Shown here piece after piece: positions 53,942 through 64,000 of a stretch of DNA of 64,000 nt (within the stretch, counting starts at the first letter, position 1; each line of letters opens with the position of its first letter). Origin of the DNA: Escherichia coli (lineage in GTDB: Bacteria > Pseudomonadota > Gammaproteobacteria > Enterobacterales > Enterobacteriaceae); NCBI RefSeq assembly GCF_044324785.1, contig NZ_CP172127.1, one strand, 5' to 3'. The position numbers and the translations under genes were made by a program. The notes under the pieces were generated by a model. That model searched no databases and had not been told where the DNA came from. It saw nothing but the letters and a program-made list of their open reading frames with translations.

Positions 53942-56233
53942 TTGTCAGAACTACTCTCTTTCGCCCTTTTTCTCGCCTCTGTGCTGATTTACGCATGGAA
54001 AGCGGGACGTAACACCTGGTGGTTTGCAGCCACGTTAACGGTGCTGGGGCTATTTGTCGTTTTAAATATCACCCTGTTTGCCAGCGACTATTTTACTGGT
54101 GATGGTATTAACGACGCGGTTCTCTATACCTTAACCAACAGCCTGACCGGTGCTGGCGTCAGCAAATACATTCTTCCGGGTATCGGCATTGTGCTGGGGC
54201 TGACGGCGGTGTTCGGTGCGCTGGGCTGGATCCTGCGCCGTCGTCGTCATCATCCGCACCATTTTGGTTACAGCCTGCTGGCACTCTTACTGGCGTTGGG
54301 TTCAGTGGATGCCAGCCCGGCATTTCGTCAGATAACGGAACTGGTGAAATCCCAGTCACGCGATGGCGACCCGGACTTTGCGGCTTATTATAAAGAGCCG
54401 TCGAAAACTATCCCTGACCCGAAACTCAACCTGGTTTATATCTACGGCGAAAGTCTCGAGCGGACCTATTTTGATAACGAAGCTTTCCCGGATCTCACGC
54501 CTGAACTGGGCGCGTTGAAAAATGAAGGCCTGGATTTCAGCCACACGCAGCAGCTGCCAGGAACGGATTACACGATTGCGGGCATGGTGGCTTCTCAGTG
54601 CGGCATACCGCTGTTTGCCCCCTTTGAAGGCAACGCCTCCGCCTCTGTCTCCAGCTTCTTCCCGCAGAACATCTGTCTGGGCGATATCCTGAAAAACTCG
54701 GGTTATCAGAACTATTTCGTGCAGGGCGCGAATCTGCGTTTTGCCGGTAAAGATGTGTTCCTGAAGTCGCACGGCTTCGACCACTTATACGGCTCAGAAG
54801 AGCTGAAAAGCGTGGTGGCCGACCCGCACTATCGCAACGACTGGGGATTCTACGACGATACCGTTCTCGATGAAGCGTGGAAAAAGTTTGAAGAGCTTTC
54901 CCGCTCAGGTCAGCGATTCTCACTGTTTACCCTGACAGTCGATACCCATCACCCGGATGGTTTTATCTCGCGTACCTGTAACCGCAAAAAATATGATTTT
55001 GACGGTAAGCCGAATCAGTCATTCAGCGCGGTAAGTTGCAGCCAGGAGAATATCGCGACGTTTATCAACAAAATCAAAGCGTCACCGTGGTTTAAAGATA
55101 CCGTCATCGTCGTCTCTTCTGACCATTTAGCGATGAACAACACGGCGTGGAAATACCTCAATAAACAGGATCGCAATAACCTGTTTTTTGTCATCCGTGG
55201 CGACAAGCCGCAGCAAGAGACGCTGGCGGTGAAGCGTAACACGATGGATAACGGCGCGACGGTGCTGGACATTCTCGGTGGCGATAACTATCTCGGACTT
55301 GGTCGTAGCAGTTTATCCGGGCAGTCGATGTCGGAAATCTTCCTCAATATCAAAGAGAAAACATTGGCGTGGAAGCCGGATATCATCCGCCTGTGGAAAT
55401 TCCCTAAAGAGATGAAAGAGTTCACCATCGACCAGCAGAAAAACACGATTGCCTTCTCGGGTAGCCATTTCCGTTTGCCGCTGCTGTTGCGGGTTTCAGA
55501 CAAGCGCGTAGAACCGCTGCCGGAAAGTGAATACTCAGCACCGCTGCGTTTCCAGCTGGCCGATTTCGCTCCACGCGACAATTTCGTCTGGGTTGACCGT
55601 TGCTACAAGATGGCACAACTCTGGGCTCCGGAACTGGCACTCTCCACCGACTGGTGTGTCTCGCAGGGGCAGCTTGGCGGTCAGCAAATTGTTCAGCATG
55701 TTGACAAAACAACATGGAAGGGCAAAACGGCATTTAAAGATTCGGTCATCGACATGGCGCGTTACAAAGGCAATGTCGATACGCTGAAGATTGTTGATAA
55801 CGATATCCGCTACAAAGCCGACAGTTTCATCTTTAACGTCGCCGGTGCGCCGGAAGAGGTGAAACAGTTTAGCGGGATTTCTCGTCCGGAGTCGTGGGGC
55901 CGCTGGTCCAACGCACAGCTGGGCGACGAAGTAAAAATCGAGTACAAGCATCCGCTGCCGAAGAAATTTGACCTGGTGATTACCGCCAAAGCATACGGCA
56001 ATAACGCCAGCCGTCCTATTCCGGTACGCGTAGGCAATGAAGAACAAACTCTTGTGCTGGGCAATGAAGTGACCACCACCACGCTGCATTTCGATAACCC
56101 AACCGATGCCGACACGCTGGTAATTGTGCCGCCGGAACCTGTCTCAACCAACGAAGGGAATATCCTCGGACACTCGCCGCGTAAGCTCGGGATCGGCATG
56201 GTGGAAATTAAAGTGGTAGAACGTGAAGGGTAA
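53942..56233 (+). CDS. opgB: Phosphoglycerol transferase I (osmoregulated periplasmic glucan biosynthesis)
   Basis: ORF track 763 aa, (M)[31 protein letters not shown]...; TTG start as read. Confidence 0.95.
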   Translation: MSELLSFALFLASVLIYAWKAGRNTWWFAATLTVLGLFVVLNITLFASDYFTGDGINDAVLYTLTNSLTGAGVSKYILPGIGIVLGLTAVFGALGWILRRRRHHPHHFGYSLLALLLALGSVDASPAFRQITELVKSQSRDGDPDFAAYYKEPSKTIPDPKLNLVYIYGESLERTYFDNEAFPDLTPELGALKNEGLDFSHTQQLPGTDYTIAGMVASQCGIPLFAPFEGNASASVSSFFPQNICLGDILKNSGYQNYFVQGANLRFAGKDVFLKSHGFDHLYGSEELKSVVADPHYRNDWGFYDDTVLDEAWKKFEELSRSGQRFSLFTLTVDTHHPDGFISRTCNRKKYDFDGKPNQSFSAVSCSQENIATFINKIKASPWFKDTVIVVSSDHLAMNNTAWKYLNKQDRNNLFFVIRGDKPQQETLAVKRNTMDNGATVLDILGGDNYLGLGRSSLSGQSMSEIFLNIKEKTLAWKPDIIRLWKFPKEMKEFTIDQQKNTIAFSGSHFRLPLLLRVSDKRVEPLPESEYSAPLRFQLADFAPRDNFVWVDRCYKMAQLWAPELALSTDWCVSQGQLGGQQIVQHVDKTTWKGKTAFKDSVIDMARYKGNVDTLKIVDNDIRYKADSFIFNVAGAPEEVKQFSGISRPESWGRWSNAQLGDEVKIEYKHPLPKKFDLVITAKAYGNNASRPIPVRVGNEEQTLVLGNEVTTTTLHFDNPTDADTLVIVPPEPVSTNEGNILGHSPRKLGIGMVEIKVVEREG

Positions 56234-56245
56234 TTCCTGACTGAT

Positions 56246-56290
56246 GTGTAGGTCGCATAAGGTGCGACCTACACGCCTTCTCCGGCTTAC
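56246..56290. repeat. REP-like hairpin between convergent opgB and lgoD
   Basis: gtaggtcgca-N5-tgcgacctac stem followed by acgccttctccggcttac. Confidence 0.6.
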
Positions 56291-56370
56291 AACACACTAT
56301 TAAGAAACAAAAAAAACAGCGCCCAACACTTCCCCGGACGCTGCATGGCAACTTTAATAATCTCGCCTTA

Positions 56371-57393
56371 TCAGAAAGTAATTACACCCTTAATCAACTC
56401 ACGATTGTTAATCACATCGCGCTCGTAGGTTTCTGCCAGCGTGGCGAACGGATAGCGATGGGTTAACATCATGTCAGCAGTGATTTTTCCTTCCGCCATC
56501 AGTCGACCGACTTTAGCAAAATCTTCCGGCGTGGCGTTGCGGCTGCCCATCATCGTCGTTTCTTTTTTATGGAATTCCGGATCGGAGAACTGCAACTCAC
56601 CTTTAAACAGGCCGACAAATACCACCGTGCCGCCGTGACGAATCAGATTCACGGTGTTATTCATCGCATGTTGATTACCTGTCGCGTCGATCACTTTCTG
56701 CGCCAGCGAACCACCAAACTGCGCCCGCAGCTGCGCGTCAAAATCTTCGGCTGACGGGTCCAGCACGGGCAACTCCAGACGCGTTGCCACATGTTCACGG
56801 CGCGCCGGACTGGTATCCGCCACCACTACCTGTGCGCCATCGGCTTTAGCGATTGCCGCCGCGCCCAGACCGATTGGCCCCGCCCCGACCACCAGCACCT
56901 GCTCGCCGGGAGCAATGGCTGCGCGACGCACCGCATGAGCGCTAATCGCGAAAGGTTCAATCAATGCTGCCGCCTGCGGGTCAATACCGTCTGCGGGCAA
57001 AATGTTCGCCACCGGCACGCTCAAATACTCACTAAAACCGCCATCCTGATGCACGCCAATGACTGAAATTTTTTCACAGCAATTGGTACGCCCGCTTTTA
57101 CACGCCGGGCATTGCTGACAAGAAATATACGGAATTACCGCAACTTGCTGTCCGATATTAAAATTGTGAATGTTTTTTCCTGATTCAATAATCTCCCCAC
57201 ATATTTCATGGCCTAAAACGCGTGGATAACTAAAAAATGGTTGATTGCCCGCCCAGGCATGAATATCTGTACCGCAAATCCCGACGGTTTTAATTTTAAT
57301 TAATGCTTCGTTATCGCCTGGCACCGGTCTTTCCCGGACTGTCCATACTAAATTCTTTATTTCCTGACAAATTAATACTTTCATTGTGGACAT
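56371..57393 (-). CDS. lgoD: L-galactonate 5-dehydrogenase (Zn-dependent MDR family)
   Basis: ORF track 340 aa; Zn-ADH motifs (GHEICGEI, CxxCxxC, GAGPIGLGAAA). Confidence 0.92.
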   Translation of the reverse strand: MSTMKVLICQEIKNLVWTVRERPVPGDNEALIKIKTVGICGTDIHAWAGNQPFFSYPRVLGHEICGEIIESGKNIHNFNIGQQVAVIPYISCQQCPACKSGRTNCCEKISVIGVHQDGGFSEYLSVPVANILPADGIDPQAAALIEPFAISAHAVRRAAIAPGEQVLVVGAGPIGLGAAAIAKADGAQVVVADTSPARREHVATRLELPVLDPSAEDFDAQLRAQFGGSLAQKVIDATGNQHAMNNTVNLIRHGGTVVFVGLFKGELQFSDPEFHKKETTMMGSRNATPEDFAKVGRLMAEGKITADMMLTHRYPFATLAETYERDVINNRELIKGVITF

Positions 57394-57531
57394 GATTCAC
57401 CGCTCCTTTTATTTTATGACTTTCAGATATCGTCGAATTTATAAGAGCGCCTGAATTTACCCATAAAATATGCGGATGATCACGCATAAAAATGTTTTAA
57501 ATCGGTTTTTAATGCCGGACTGGAGGGAAGA

Positions 57532-58437
57532 ATGAGTCGTTCGCAGAATTTACGTCATAACGTCATAAATCAGGTGATTGAAGATATGGCGAGGGGCAAT
57601 ATTCCTTCTCCGCTGCCTTCACAAAGTGGGCTGGCAGAAATGTATAACATCAGTCGCACTACGGTACGCCACATACTCCAGCATTTAAGCGCATGTGGCG
57701 TGCTCACCCTGGTGGGGAAAAATTATGTTATCGCCCGCAAACCCGAACAGAACGATGGATTTGATTGCATCACGGCCTCGCTGAAAGAGCAAAACCGTCT
57801 TTTCGAGCAGGCATTTTTCACCATGATTAACCTGCGCCAGTTACGCGCGGGAGAAAGCTTTTCCGAACTTCAGCTGGCGCGAGCGGCAGGCGTCAGTCCG
57901 GTAGTAGTACGAGAATATCTTTTGAAATTCGGTCGTTATAATCTTATTCAAAGCGAAAAGCGCGGCCAGTGGAGCATGAAGCAGTTCGATCAATCCTACG
58001 CCGAGCAACTGTTTGAGCTACGCGAAATGCTCGAAACACATTCCCTGCAACACTTTCTCAACCTTCCCGATGACGATCCCCGCTGGTTGCAGGCGAAAAC
58101 CATGCTCGAACGTCACAGGACATTGCGCGACAGCATTGGCAGCAACTTTCGGATGTTTTCTCAATTAGACCGTGATTTTCATGCCATGCTGTTATCCGCT
58201 GCTGACAACATCTTTTTTAATCAATCACTTGAAATTATCTCGGTGATCTTTCATTTTCACTATCAATGGGATGAAAGCGATCTCAAGCAGCGCAATATCA
58301 TTGCTGTTGATGAGCATATGACCATTCTCAGCGCCCTGATTTGCCGTAGCGATTTAGATGCAATAACGGCATTGCGAAACCATCTGGATACCGCCAAACA
58401 ATCAATGATTCGTTCCATCAGGCAACATCACCGATAA
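57532..58437 (+). CDS. lgoR: GntR-family regulator of L-galactonate catabolism
   Basis: ORF track 301 aa; N-terminal wHTH and C-terminal FCD-like domain; divergent from lgoD. Confidence 0.88.
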   Translation: MSRSQNLRHNVINQVIEDMARGNIPSPLPSQSGLAEMYNISRTTVRHILQHLSACGVLTLVGKNYVIARKPEQNDGFDCITASLKEQNRLFEQAFFTMINLRQLRAGESFSELQLARAAGVSPVVVREYLLKFGRYNLIQSEKRGQWSMKQFDQSYAEQLFELREMLETHSLQHFLNLPDDDPRWLQAKTMLERHRTLRDSIGSNFRMFSQLDRDFHAMLLSAADNIFFNQSLEIISVIFHFHYQWDESDLKQRNIIAVDEHMTILSALICRSDLDAITALRNHLDTAKQSMIRSIRQHHR

Positions 58438-58607
58438 ATTAAGTACAGATTAAAAACATTGATTCTTGGTTTATATCACTATGTTGTATTAATGCAGTAT
58501 TAATCCAGGCGATTGTTCTGCCTATAAGGAAATACATAGGGAATAAACGATGCTGGAAGTATTACTCTCAGCCATCATTTAACTCCCTATTACTGGTAGC
58601 GATAAAA

Positions 58608-60260
58608 TTATCGGCTATCCATGATTAACGTTTCCAGCACATCTAATTCACTGACTATTTTTGCCAGTGTTTCATCACTGACTTCTTGCCGTGCACGCAT
58701 CTGGTAAATAGCCGCACGCCTGGCATTTAACGCTGCCAGATTAAATGTTCTTTCCAGCTTCGCGCGCTGCATATGTAAAGAATTATCATTTTCCGACATA
58801 TCATCTTCGCTACGCCGCATATAACCGATAACTCTGGCCCCTGTTTCCATAATCAACTCGTTGTCGAGGTTTTCTGTACTGGTGCGTAGCAAACGTTGCT
58901 CAGTCTTTTGCACACTGAGTATGGCCATTTTGGCCATAAACAGATCGGCAGCTTCCTCTTCTTTTTGCCGGTTATCGCTGAAAATGCCCACATTTTTCCC
59001 CAGTAGTAACGGCAGAATAATAATGCCGCAAACCAGCGAAAAGAGGATCACACCTGTGGCGAGAAATACCAGTAAGTAACGCCCGGGAAAAGATGTGCCA
59101 TCCGGCAGCAATAACGGGATAGAAAGCACCCCCGCAAGCGTGATGGCTCCGCGCACCCCCGCAAAGGTCGCCAGCAGCATATGACGCGTTTTATATCCAG
59201 CAAACAGCATCGGATGTTTGCCGGGTCGTTTACGGCTATACAGACGCATCAGCCAAAGCCAGCCCAAGCGCACAACCATTAACGCCAGGTAGATCCAAAT
59301 GACATCAAGGAGCAGCGATCCGGTGTCTACCAGTGGATCGTTTTCTGCACGGATCAGTGATTCCGTAATAATGCCCGGCAGTTGTAAGCCTAAAATCAGA
59401 AACACCATGCCGTTAAAGACATATTCAAGCATCGACCAGCTACTTTTAGCTTTAATTCTCAGGCGAATAGGCGCGTGGTGGACTACGCCAATGCGACTGG
59501 TTGTTAACCCCGCGGCGACAGCGGCAAGAATGCCAGATAAGCCAAAATGTTCCGCAACCAGATAAACAATAAACGGCAACAGAAGCATCAATACAATCTG
59601 AATGGAAGGTTCATCGTGAGCATATCGACTGATCAACAGCAGCCCTTTGCCATATAACCAGGTAACAGCGATCCCCACGGCAATACCGCCCAACGCAACG
59701 ACAAAAAACGCAATGGTTGCGCCATGAACGCTGAATTCCATCGTTCCCATCGTCACTGCAACAGCAAATTTCAACGCCACCAAGCCGGAAGCATCATTCA
59801 TCAACGCTTCGCCTTCGAGCACTTCCTGGATGTTTTTGCTGATACGCCCTTTCCCGACAATCCCCAGCAACGCCACGGCATCGGTAGGCGACAACACGGC
59901 GGCTAATGCGAAAGCAGCGATGAGCGGCACATTCGGTAAGAGTAAATGAATCACATAGCCGACACCAAAAATAGTGATTAGCACCAACACAAGCGCCAGG
60001 CTGACAATTTCCCGACTGTGCTTGATCAATTCTTTAGGTTGTATTTTTGAGCTTTCAGCAAACAACAAGGGGGGTATAAACAATAAGAGAAAAAGTTCAG
60101 GATTGAATTCCACATGCAGACCAAATATGGGCTGGGCCAGTATAGCGCCAGCGGCAATCTGGATTAAAGGAAGTGGTATCTGAACAGGAGACAGACGCGT
60201 AAGCACGCTGGTTAATGATACTACCAACGTAAGAATTAAAATTGTTAAAAGTATTTCCAT
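58608..60260 (-). CDS. CPA1-family Na+(K+)/H+ antiporter (NhaP-type) with C-terminal cytoplasmic domain
   Basis: ORF track 58608..60281; multi-TM; CPA1 signatures AVLSPTDAVALLGIV and EGEALMNDASGLVALKF; start may be 60281 or 60260. Confidence 0.85.
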   Translation of the reverse strand: MEILLTILILTLVVSLTSVLTRLSPVQIPLPLIQIAAGAILAQPIFGLHVEFNPELFLLLFIPPLLFAESSKIQPKELIKHSREIVSLALVLVLITIFGVGYVIHLLLPNVPLIAAFALAAVLSPTDAVALLGIVGKGRISKNIQEVLEGEALMNDASGLVALKFAVAVTMGTMEFSVHGATIAFFVVALGGIAVGIAVTWLYGKGLLLISRYAHDEPSIQIVLMLLLPFIVYLVAEHFGLSGILAAVAAGLTTSRIGVVHHAPIRLRIKAKSSWSMLEYVFNGMVFLILGLQLPGIITESLIRAENDPLVDTGSLLLDVIWIYLALMVVRLGWLWLMRLYSRKRPGKHPMLFAGYKTRHMLLATFAGVRGAITLAGVLSIPLLLPDGTSFPGRYLLVFLATGVILFSLVCGIIILPLLLGKNVGIFSDNRQKEEEAADLFMAKMAILSVQKTEQRLLRTSTENLDNELIMETGARVIGYMRRSEDDMSENDNSLHMQRAKLERTFNLAALNARRAAIYQMRARQEVSDETLAKIVSELDVLETLIMDSR

Positions 60261-60940
60261 ATAATAAACAGGCTTCCTCATTCATAAATAATGGATATTA
60301 TTAATTTAACTTCATAAAAAGCGCCCTGGTTAGCACTTAACGTTAATCATTAATCACAGCGTTCACTCACATGCTCAGGAGGAAACCAGTGAGATGAGTT
60401 TTCCCGTTGATAACAAATTCACCATGTGAATATTTACTACCTTTAACCGTTGTAACGAATCATCCGTTACTCTTTGATCTCCTTGCCGAACAAGTTGTTT
60501 AGTGAATGATGGCTTTCTTTTAACGTCAGCATGAATTATACGTTCAGCAAATGTATTAAATCAGCACTAAATAAATTTAATGGATACCACCATTCTGCGT
60601 CAACACTTAGTTTTTATCTGTAAAAATAGCCGCAGCCAAATTAATGCTTTTATTTTTAATAAATCATCAACCGAATAAGAGATCTTATCAGCGGTAACTA
60701 AACTCATCAGTGGGTGTTCCTTGTAACGTCATACATTACATAACTTTAAGATATACAATCAAAAAATGCATTAAAAACCGATTAAAAGCAGCAAAGTATT
60801 ACCCGGTGCACGAATTTATGACACATTTGCAGCCATTCCGCTATTCACTGACTACTTTTCAGTAATGACTGCTTTTTCATAAGGTTTCACTCCCGACAAC
60901 AATGTTGGAGTTTTATTTCCTTAGCATGGAGTAAGTAAAG

Positions 60941-61912
60941 ATGAGCAAAATAATAGCGATGCTAATTACTGTCAGTACCCTTTTTTTACCGTCAATAATC
61001 CAGGCAAAACCTATTTCGATAAAAGTTGCCTATGAAAATAACCCTGGAGAACCCCTGGATGTGGTCATGCGTTACTGGGCAGACCTATTAAATAAAAAAA
61101 GTAATGGCGAAATAACACTTGCGCTCTATCCAAGTTCCCAATTGGGCTCAAAACAGGATGTCACCGAGCAAGCCATGATGGGCATGAATGTCATAACCTT
61201 GAGTGATGTGGCCTTTCTTGCCGATTATGAACCCGATTTGGGTATTTTGTTTGGACCGTATCTGACTGACGATCCGCAAAAACTGTTCAAAATATATGAA
61301 AGCGACTGGTTTAAACAAAAAAATGAAAGTCTGAAGAAAAAGGGAATTCATGTGGTAATGAATAATTATCTCTATGGCACTCGACAGATTATTTCGAAAA
61401 AACCCATTCGCACTGTTGACGATCTCGCAGGCTTAAAAATTCGTGTTCCTAATAACGTCATGCAAATAAAAGCCATTCAGGCGATGGGGGCAACACCAAC
61501 TCCCATGCCATTAGGCGAAGTTTATCCCGCATTAACCCAGGGCGTTATTGACGGCGTAGAAAACCCAATTTCAGTGCTGCAAGGGCAAAAACTGTATGAG
61601 CAGGCAAGATATCTGACAATGGTTAACTACCTGACAAATACCTCAGTATGGATAGGTGGTGAAGCCTTCTTTAGCACCCTTTCACCAGAACAACTGGAGA
61701 TGATCCACCAGACCGGCTATGAAGCGGGTGTCTATAGCCAGAAACTCACTCTTGAACGTGATGCCGAAATGTTGAAAACCATGCAGGCAGCGGGCGTCGA
61801 AGTGATCTATCCCGATACTGGACCATTCCAGAAGAAAGCACGCGAAGTTTACTCTCAATTCCCGGAATGGACACCAGGTCTGTACGAAACCATTCAACAG
61901 CAACTGCAATAA
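60941..61912 (+). CDS. TRAP transporter substrate-binding protein (DctP family)
   Basis: ORF track 323 aa with signal peptide; GGAG RBS upstream; first of three co-oriented genes with the DctP/DctQ/DctM size pattern. Confidence 0.8.
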   Translation: MSKIIAMLITVSTLFLPSIIQAKPISIKVAYENNPGEPLDVVMRYWADLLNKKSNGEITLALYPSSQLGSKQDVTEQAMMGMNVITLSDVAFLADYEPDLGILFGPYLTDDPQKLFKIYESDWFKQKNESLKKKGIHVVMNNYLYGTRQIISKKPIRTVDDLAGLKIRVPNNVMQIKAIQAMGATPTPMPLGEVYPALTQGVIDGVENPISVLQGQKLYEQARYLTMVNYLTNTSVWIGGEAFFSTLSPEQLEMIHQTGYEAGVYSQKLTLERDAEMLKTMQAAGVEVIYPDTGPFQKKAREVYSQFPEWTPGLYETIQQQLQ

Positions 61913-61975
61913 GCATTAATGCTCAGCGTCCTGCCTCATCTCTCTTAGGCAGGACACGCACTAACAGGAGGTTTC

Positions 61976-62449
61976 ATGCGTCTTTTTGGCAAAGTGGCAG
62001 AATTTAGTGCTGCCTTTGCGCTATTCGTTCTGGTTGTGATGACAATTGGAGCGGTATTTATGCGTTATTTCATCGGCCAACCGCTTCAATGGACAGAAGA
62101 AATGTCGGGAATGCTGATGATTTGGGTGGTGATGTTAGGTGGAGTAGTGGCGGAACGTGACAGGGCGCACCTGACCATTCCCTTCCTGATGGAGATGCTT
62201 CCAGGCAAGCTCAGGCGTGTTATTGCAGTACTGGTCGCCGTTCTCTCCATCGCACTGCTGCTGTATATGGCCTGGCTGGGCTACCGACTAGCCGAAATGG
62301 CGCAGTTTAAAGTGACACAAATTCTGAAGGTTTCCTGGTTCTGGATCGATCTGGCGGTCCCTGTCGGTGCACTGGCAACGGCTATTTATACCCTCTACTG
62401 GTTAATACACGATATAAAACAATCCGATAGCGGAGACAAAATGCAATGA
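61976..62449 (+). CDS. TRAP transporter small permease (DctQ family)
   Basis: ORF track 157 aa, four predicted TM helices; overlaps the next gene by 4 nt. Confidence 0.8.
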   Translation: MRLFGKVAEFSAAFALFVLVVMTIGAVFMRYFIGQPLQWTEEMSGMLMIWVVMLGGVVAERDRAHLTIPFLMEMLPGKLRRVIAVLVAVLSIALLLYMAWLGYRLAEMAQFKVTQILKVSWFWIDLAVPVGALATAIYTLYWLIHDIKQSDSGDKMQ

Positions 62450-63717
62450 GTTGGTTATTGATTATTCCGCTAATGATCGTCTGTTTGTTTCTCAACATTC
62501 GGGTCTATCTGGCGATGTTTATTGGCATCATCGCTTACTTTTTATTCTTCTCCAGCGTACCGATTGAAATTGCCGTGCAAAGACTGATCGCGCCAACGCA
62601 AAGCCCATCATTGCTGGCAATTCCGTTTTTTATCTTGCTCGGCACACTAATGAGCTACACCGGCATTGCCGAACGCATCCTGCACATTGCCAATGTTCTG
62701 GTGGGGAAAATGCGCGGCGGACTGGGCGTGGCAAACATTCTCGTCAGCACCATGATGGGCGGCGTCAGCGCCTCTAACCTTGCTGACGCGGCGATGCTGT
62801 CGCGCATGATGGTGCCGGAGATGGAGCGTAAAGGCTACAATCGCGCGTTTGCCGCCGCCATTACCGCTGGTGGCTCGTTAGTCACCCCGATCATACCGCC
62901 GGGAATAGCCCTGATTATTTACGGTCTGGTTGCCGACGTCTCTATCGGAAAAATGTTTATCGCCGGACTGGTACCTGGTTTGCTATGCGCAGTCGTATTG
63001 ATGTTTACCGTCTACCTGGTCGCCCGCAAAACTAACGCCAAACCCTCGCGTGAAAGCTGGCCTACGGGCAAAGAGGTGGTGTTCTCGCTGGGACAGGCCT
63101 GGCCTGCGCTGTTCCTCATTTTTGCTGTGGTGGGTGGTATTCGCGCTAACATTTTCACCCCAACAGAAGCAGGCGCAGCAGCGGTGTTAATCGTGCTGGC
63201 GATTGGCTTTTTTATCTATCGTGAAATGCGGATTTCTCATGTCGTCAAAGCATTGGGCGAAACGGCACGCGCTACCGCATCGGTGATGCTGGTAATCATG
63301 GCCAGCGCCGCGTTGGGATGGATTTTCTCAATGGAACATGCTGGTGTCGCAGTGGCGAATTTTGTGACTTCGCTGACCGAAAATAAATATATGTTCCTGT
63401 TGATTATCAACATATTGCTGCTGACGCTGGGGATGTTTCTTGAAGGAAACGCCATTTTGCTGATCCTGGTACCACTATTAAAACCGGTGGTCGAACACTT
63501 TGGCATCGATCCGGTGCATTTTGGCATCATCATGATCTTCAACCTGTCGATTGGCGCATTCACGCCACCGGTAGGTACCGTGATGCTGCTGGTATGTAAC
63601 ATCACGCAAGTTTCGGTGGGAAATTTCTTTAAACAATCCCTACCCCTACTGGCGGCTCTCCTGTTAATGCTAATGCTGGTGACATATATCCCGGCGATTT
63701 CACTGTTCCTGGTTTAA
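62446..63717 (+). CDS. TRAP transporter large permease (DctM family)
   Basis: ORF track 423 aa, highly hydrophobic, about 12 TM helices. Confidence 0.85.
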   Translation: MSWLLIIPLMIVCLFLNIRVYLAMFIGIIAYFLFFSSVPIEIAVQRLIAPTQSPSLLAIPFFILLGTLMSYTGIAERILHIANVLVGKMRGGLGVANILVSTMMGGVSASNLADAAMLSRMMVPEMERKGYNRAFAAAITAGGSLVTPIIPPGIALIIYGLVADVSIGKMFIAGLVPGLLCAVVLMFTVYLVARKTNAKPSRESWPTGKEVVFSLGQAWPALFLIFAVVGGIRANIFTPTEAGAAAVLIVLAIGFFIYREMRISHVVKALGETARATASVMLVIMASAALGWIFSMEHAGVAVANFVTSLTENKYMFLLIINILLLTLGMFLEGNAILLILVPLLKPVVEHFGIDPVHFGIIMIFNLSIGAFTPPVGTVMLLVCNITQVSVGNFFKQSLPLLAALLLMLMLVTYIPAISLFLV

Positions 63718-63759
63718 TAATAAAAACGCCGGATGAAATACTCATCCGGCGTCATTGCG

Positions 63760-64000
63760 TTAAAACGTTTCCCAGTTCTCCTCGCTATCTGCCACAGCCA
63801 TTTTACGCGGCGTAGCTGGCGTCACGGTTTTTACCACAGCCGATGTTTCACGCTGATGTTGCTGAATCCGGAACACTGCCACAGCTTCGGTCAGGCGACT
63901 GGCCTGCTCTTCCAGCGCGGCGGCGGCGGCGGCAGATTCTTCCACCAGCGCGGCGTTCTGTTGAGTTACCCGGTCCATCTCAGCAACCGCTAAGCCAACC
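63760..64000 (-). CDS. tsr: Methyl-accepting chemotaxis protein Tsr, C-terminal part (N-terminus beyond the window end)
   Basis: ORF track 63760..63978 ends ...[18 protein letters not shown], the NWETF pentapeptide of a high-abundance chemoreceptor. Confidence 0.9.
   Translation of the reverse strand, partial: VGLAVAEMDRVTQQNAALVEESAAAAAALEEQASRLTEAVAVFRIQQHQRETSAVVKTVTPATPRKMAVADSEENWETF

Overview
This ~64 kb window is Escherichia coli-type chromosome, collinear in reverse orientation with the K-12 map across its coordinate origin. Gene order: yaaJ(3' part)-yaaA-yaaX-thrCBA-thrL | lasT-yjjY-arcA-creDCBA-rob-gpmB-yjjX-trpR-slt-ettA-[accessory cassette + toxin-antitoxin pair]-nadR-radA-serB-smp-lplA-yjjJ-deoDBAC-yjjI-yjjW-yjjV-yjjU-ytjA-osmY-prfC-yjjG-rimI-holD-rsmC-tRNA-Leu-yjjZ-fhuF-bglJ-yjjQ-yjjP-yjjB-dnaT-dnaC-yjjA-opgB-lgoD-lgoR-[CPA1 antiporter + TRAP transporter]-tsr(3' part). 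Most of it is densely packed core housekeeping genes that I recognise by protein sequence, plus classical regulatory landmarks (thr leader and attenuator, TrpR operator, three DeoR operators, REP/BIME elements). Three places differ from the K-12 arrangement as I remember it: (1) a ~4 kb GC-rich cassette (LysR regulator, aldo-keto reductase, SDR, SRPBCC protein, DUF1471 protein, OYE remnant) between ettA and nadR, bracketed by ~860 bp direct repeats of the ettA 3' end, next to a HigB-2/HigA-like toxin-antitoxin pair; (2) a CPA1 Na+/H+ antiporter plus TRAP DctPQM transporter where K-12 has the MFS permease lgoT; (3) a single tRNA-Leu(CAG) where K-12 has three tandem copies. No CRISPR array, rRNA, IS element, integrase or transposase was found. 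All comparisons to K-12 are from memory, not from a search. Coordinates of CDSs come from the supplied ORF track, with starts adjusted where the known protein begins at an internal codon.
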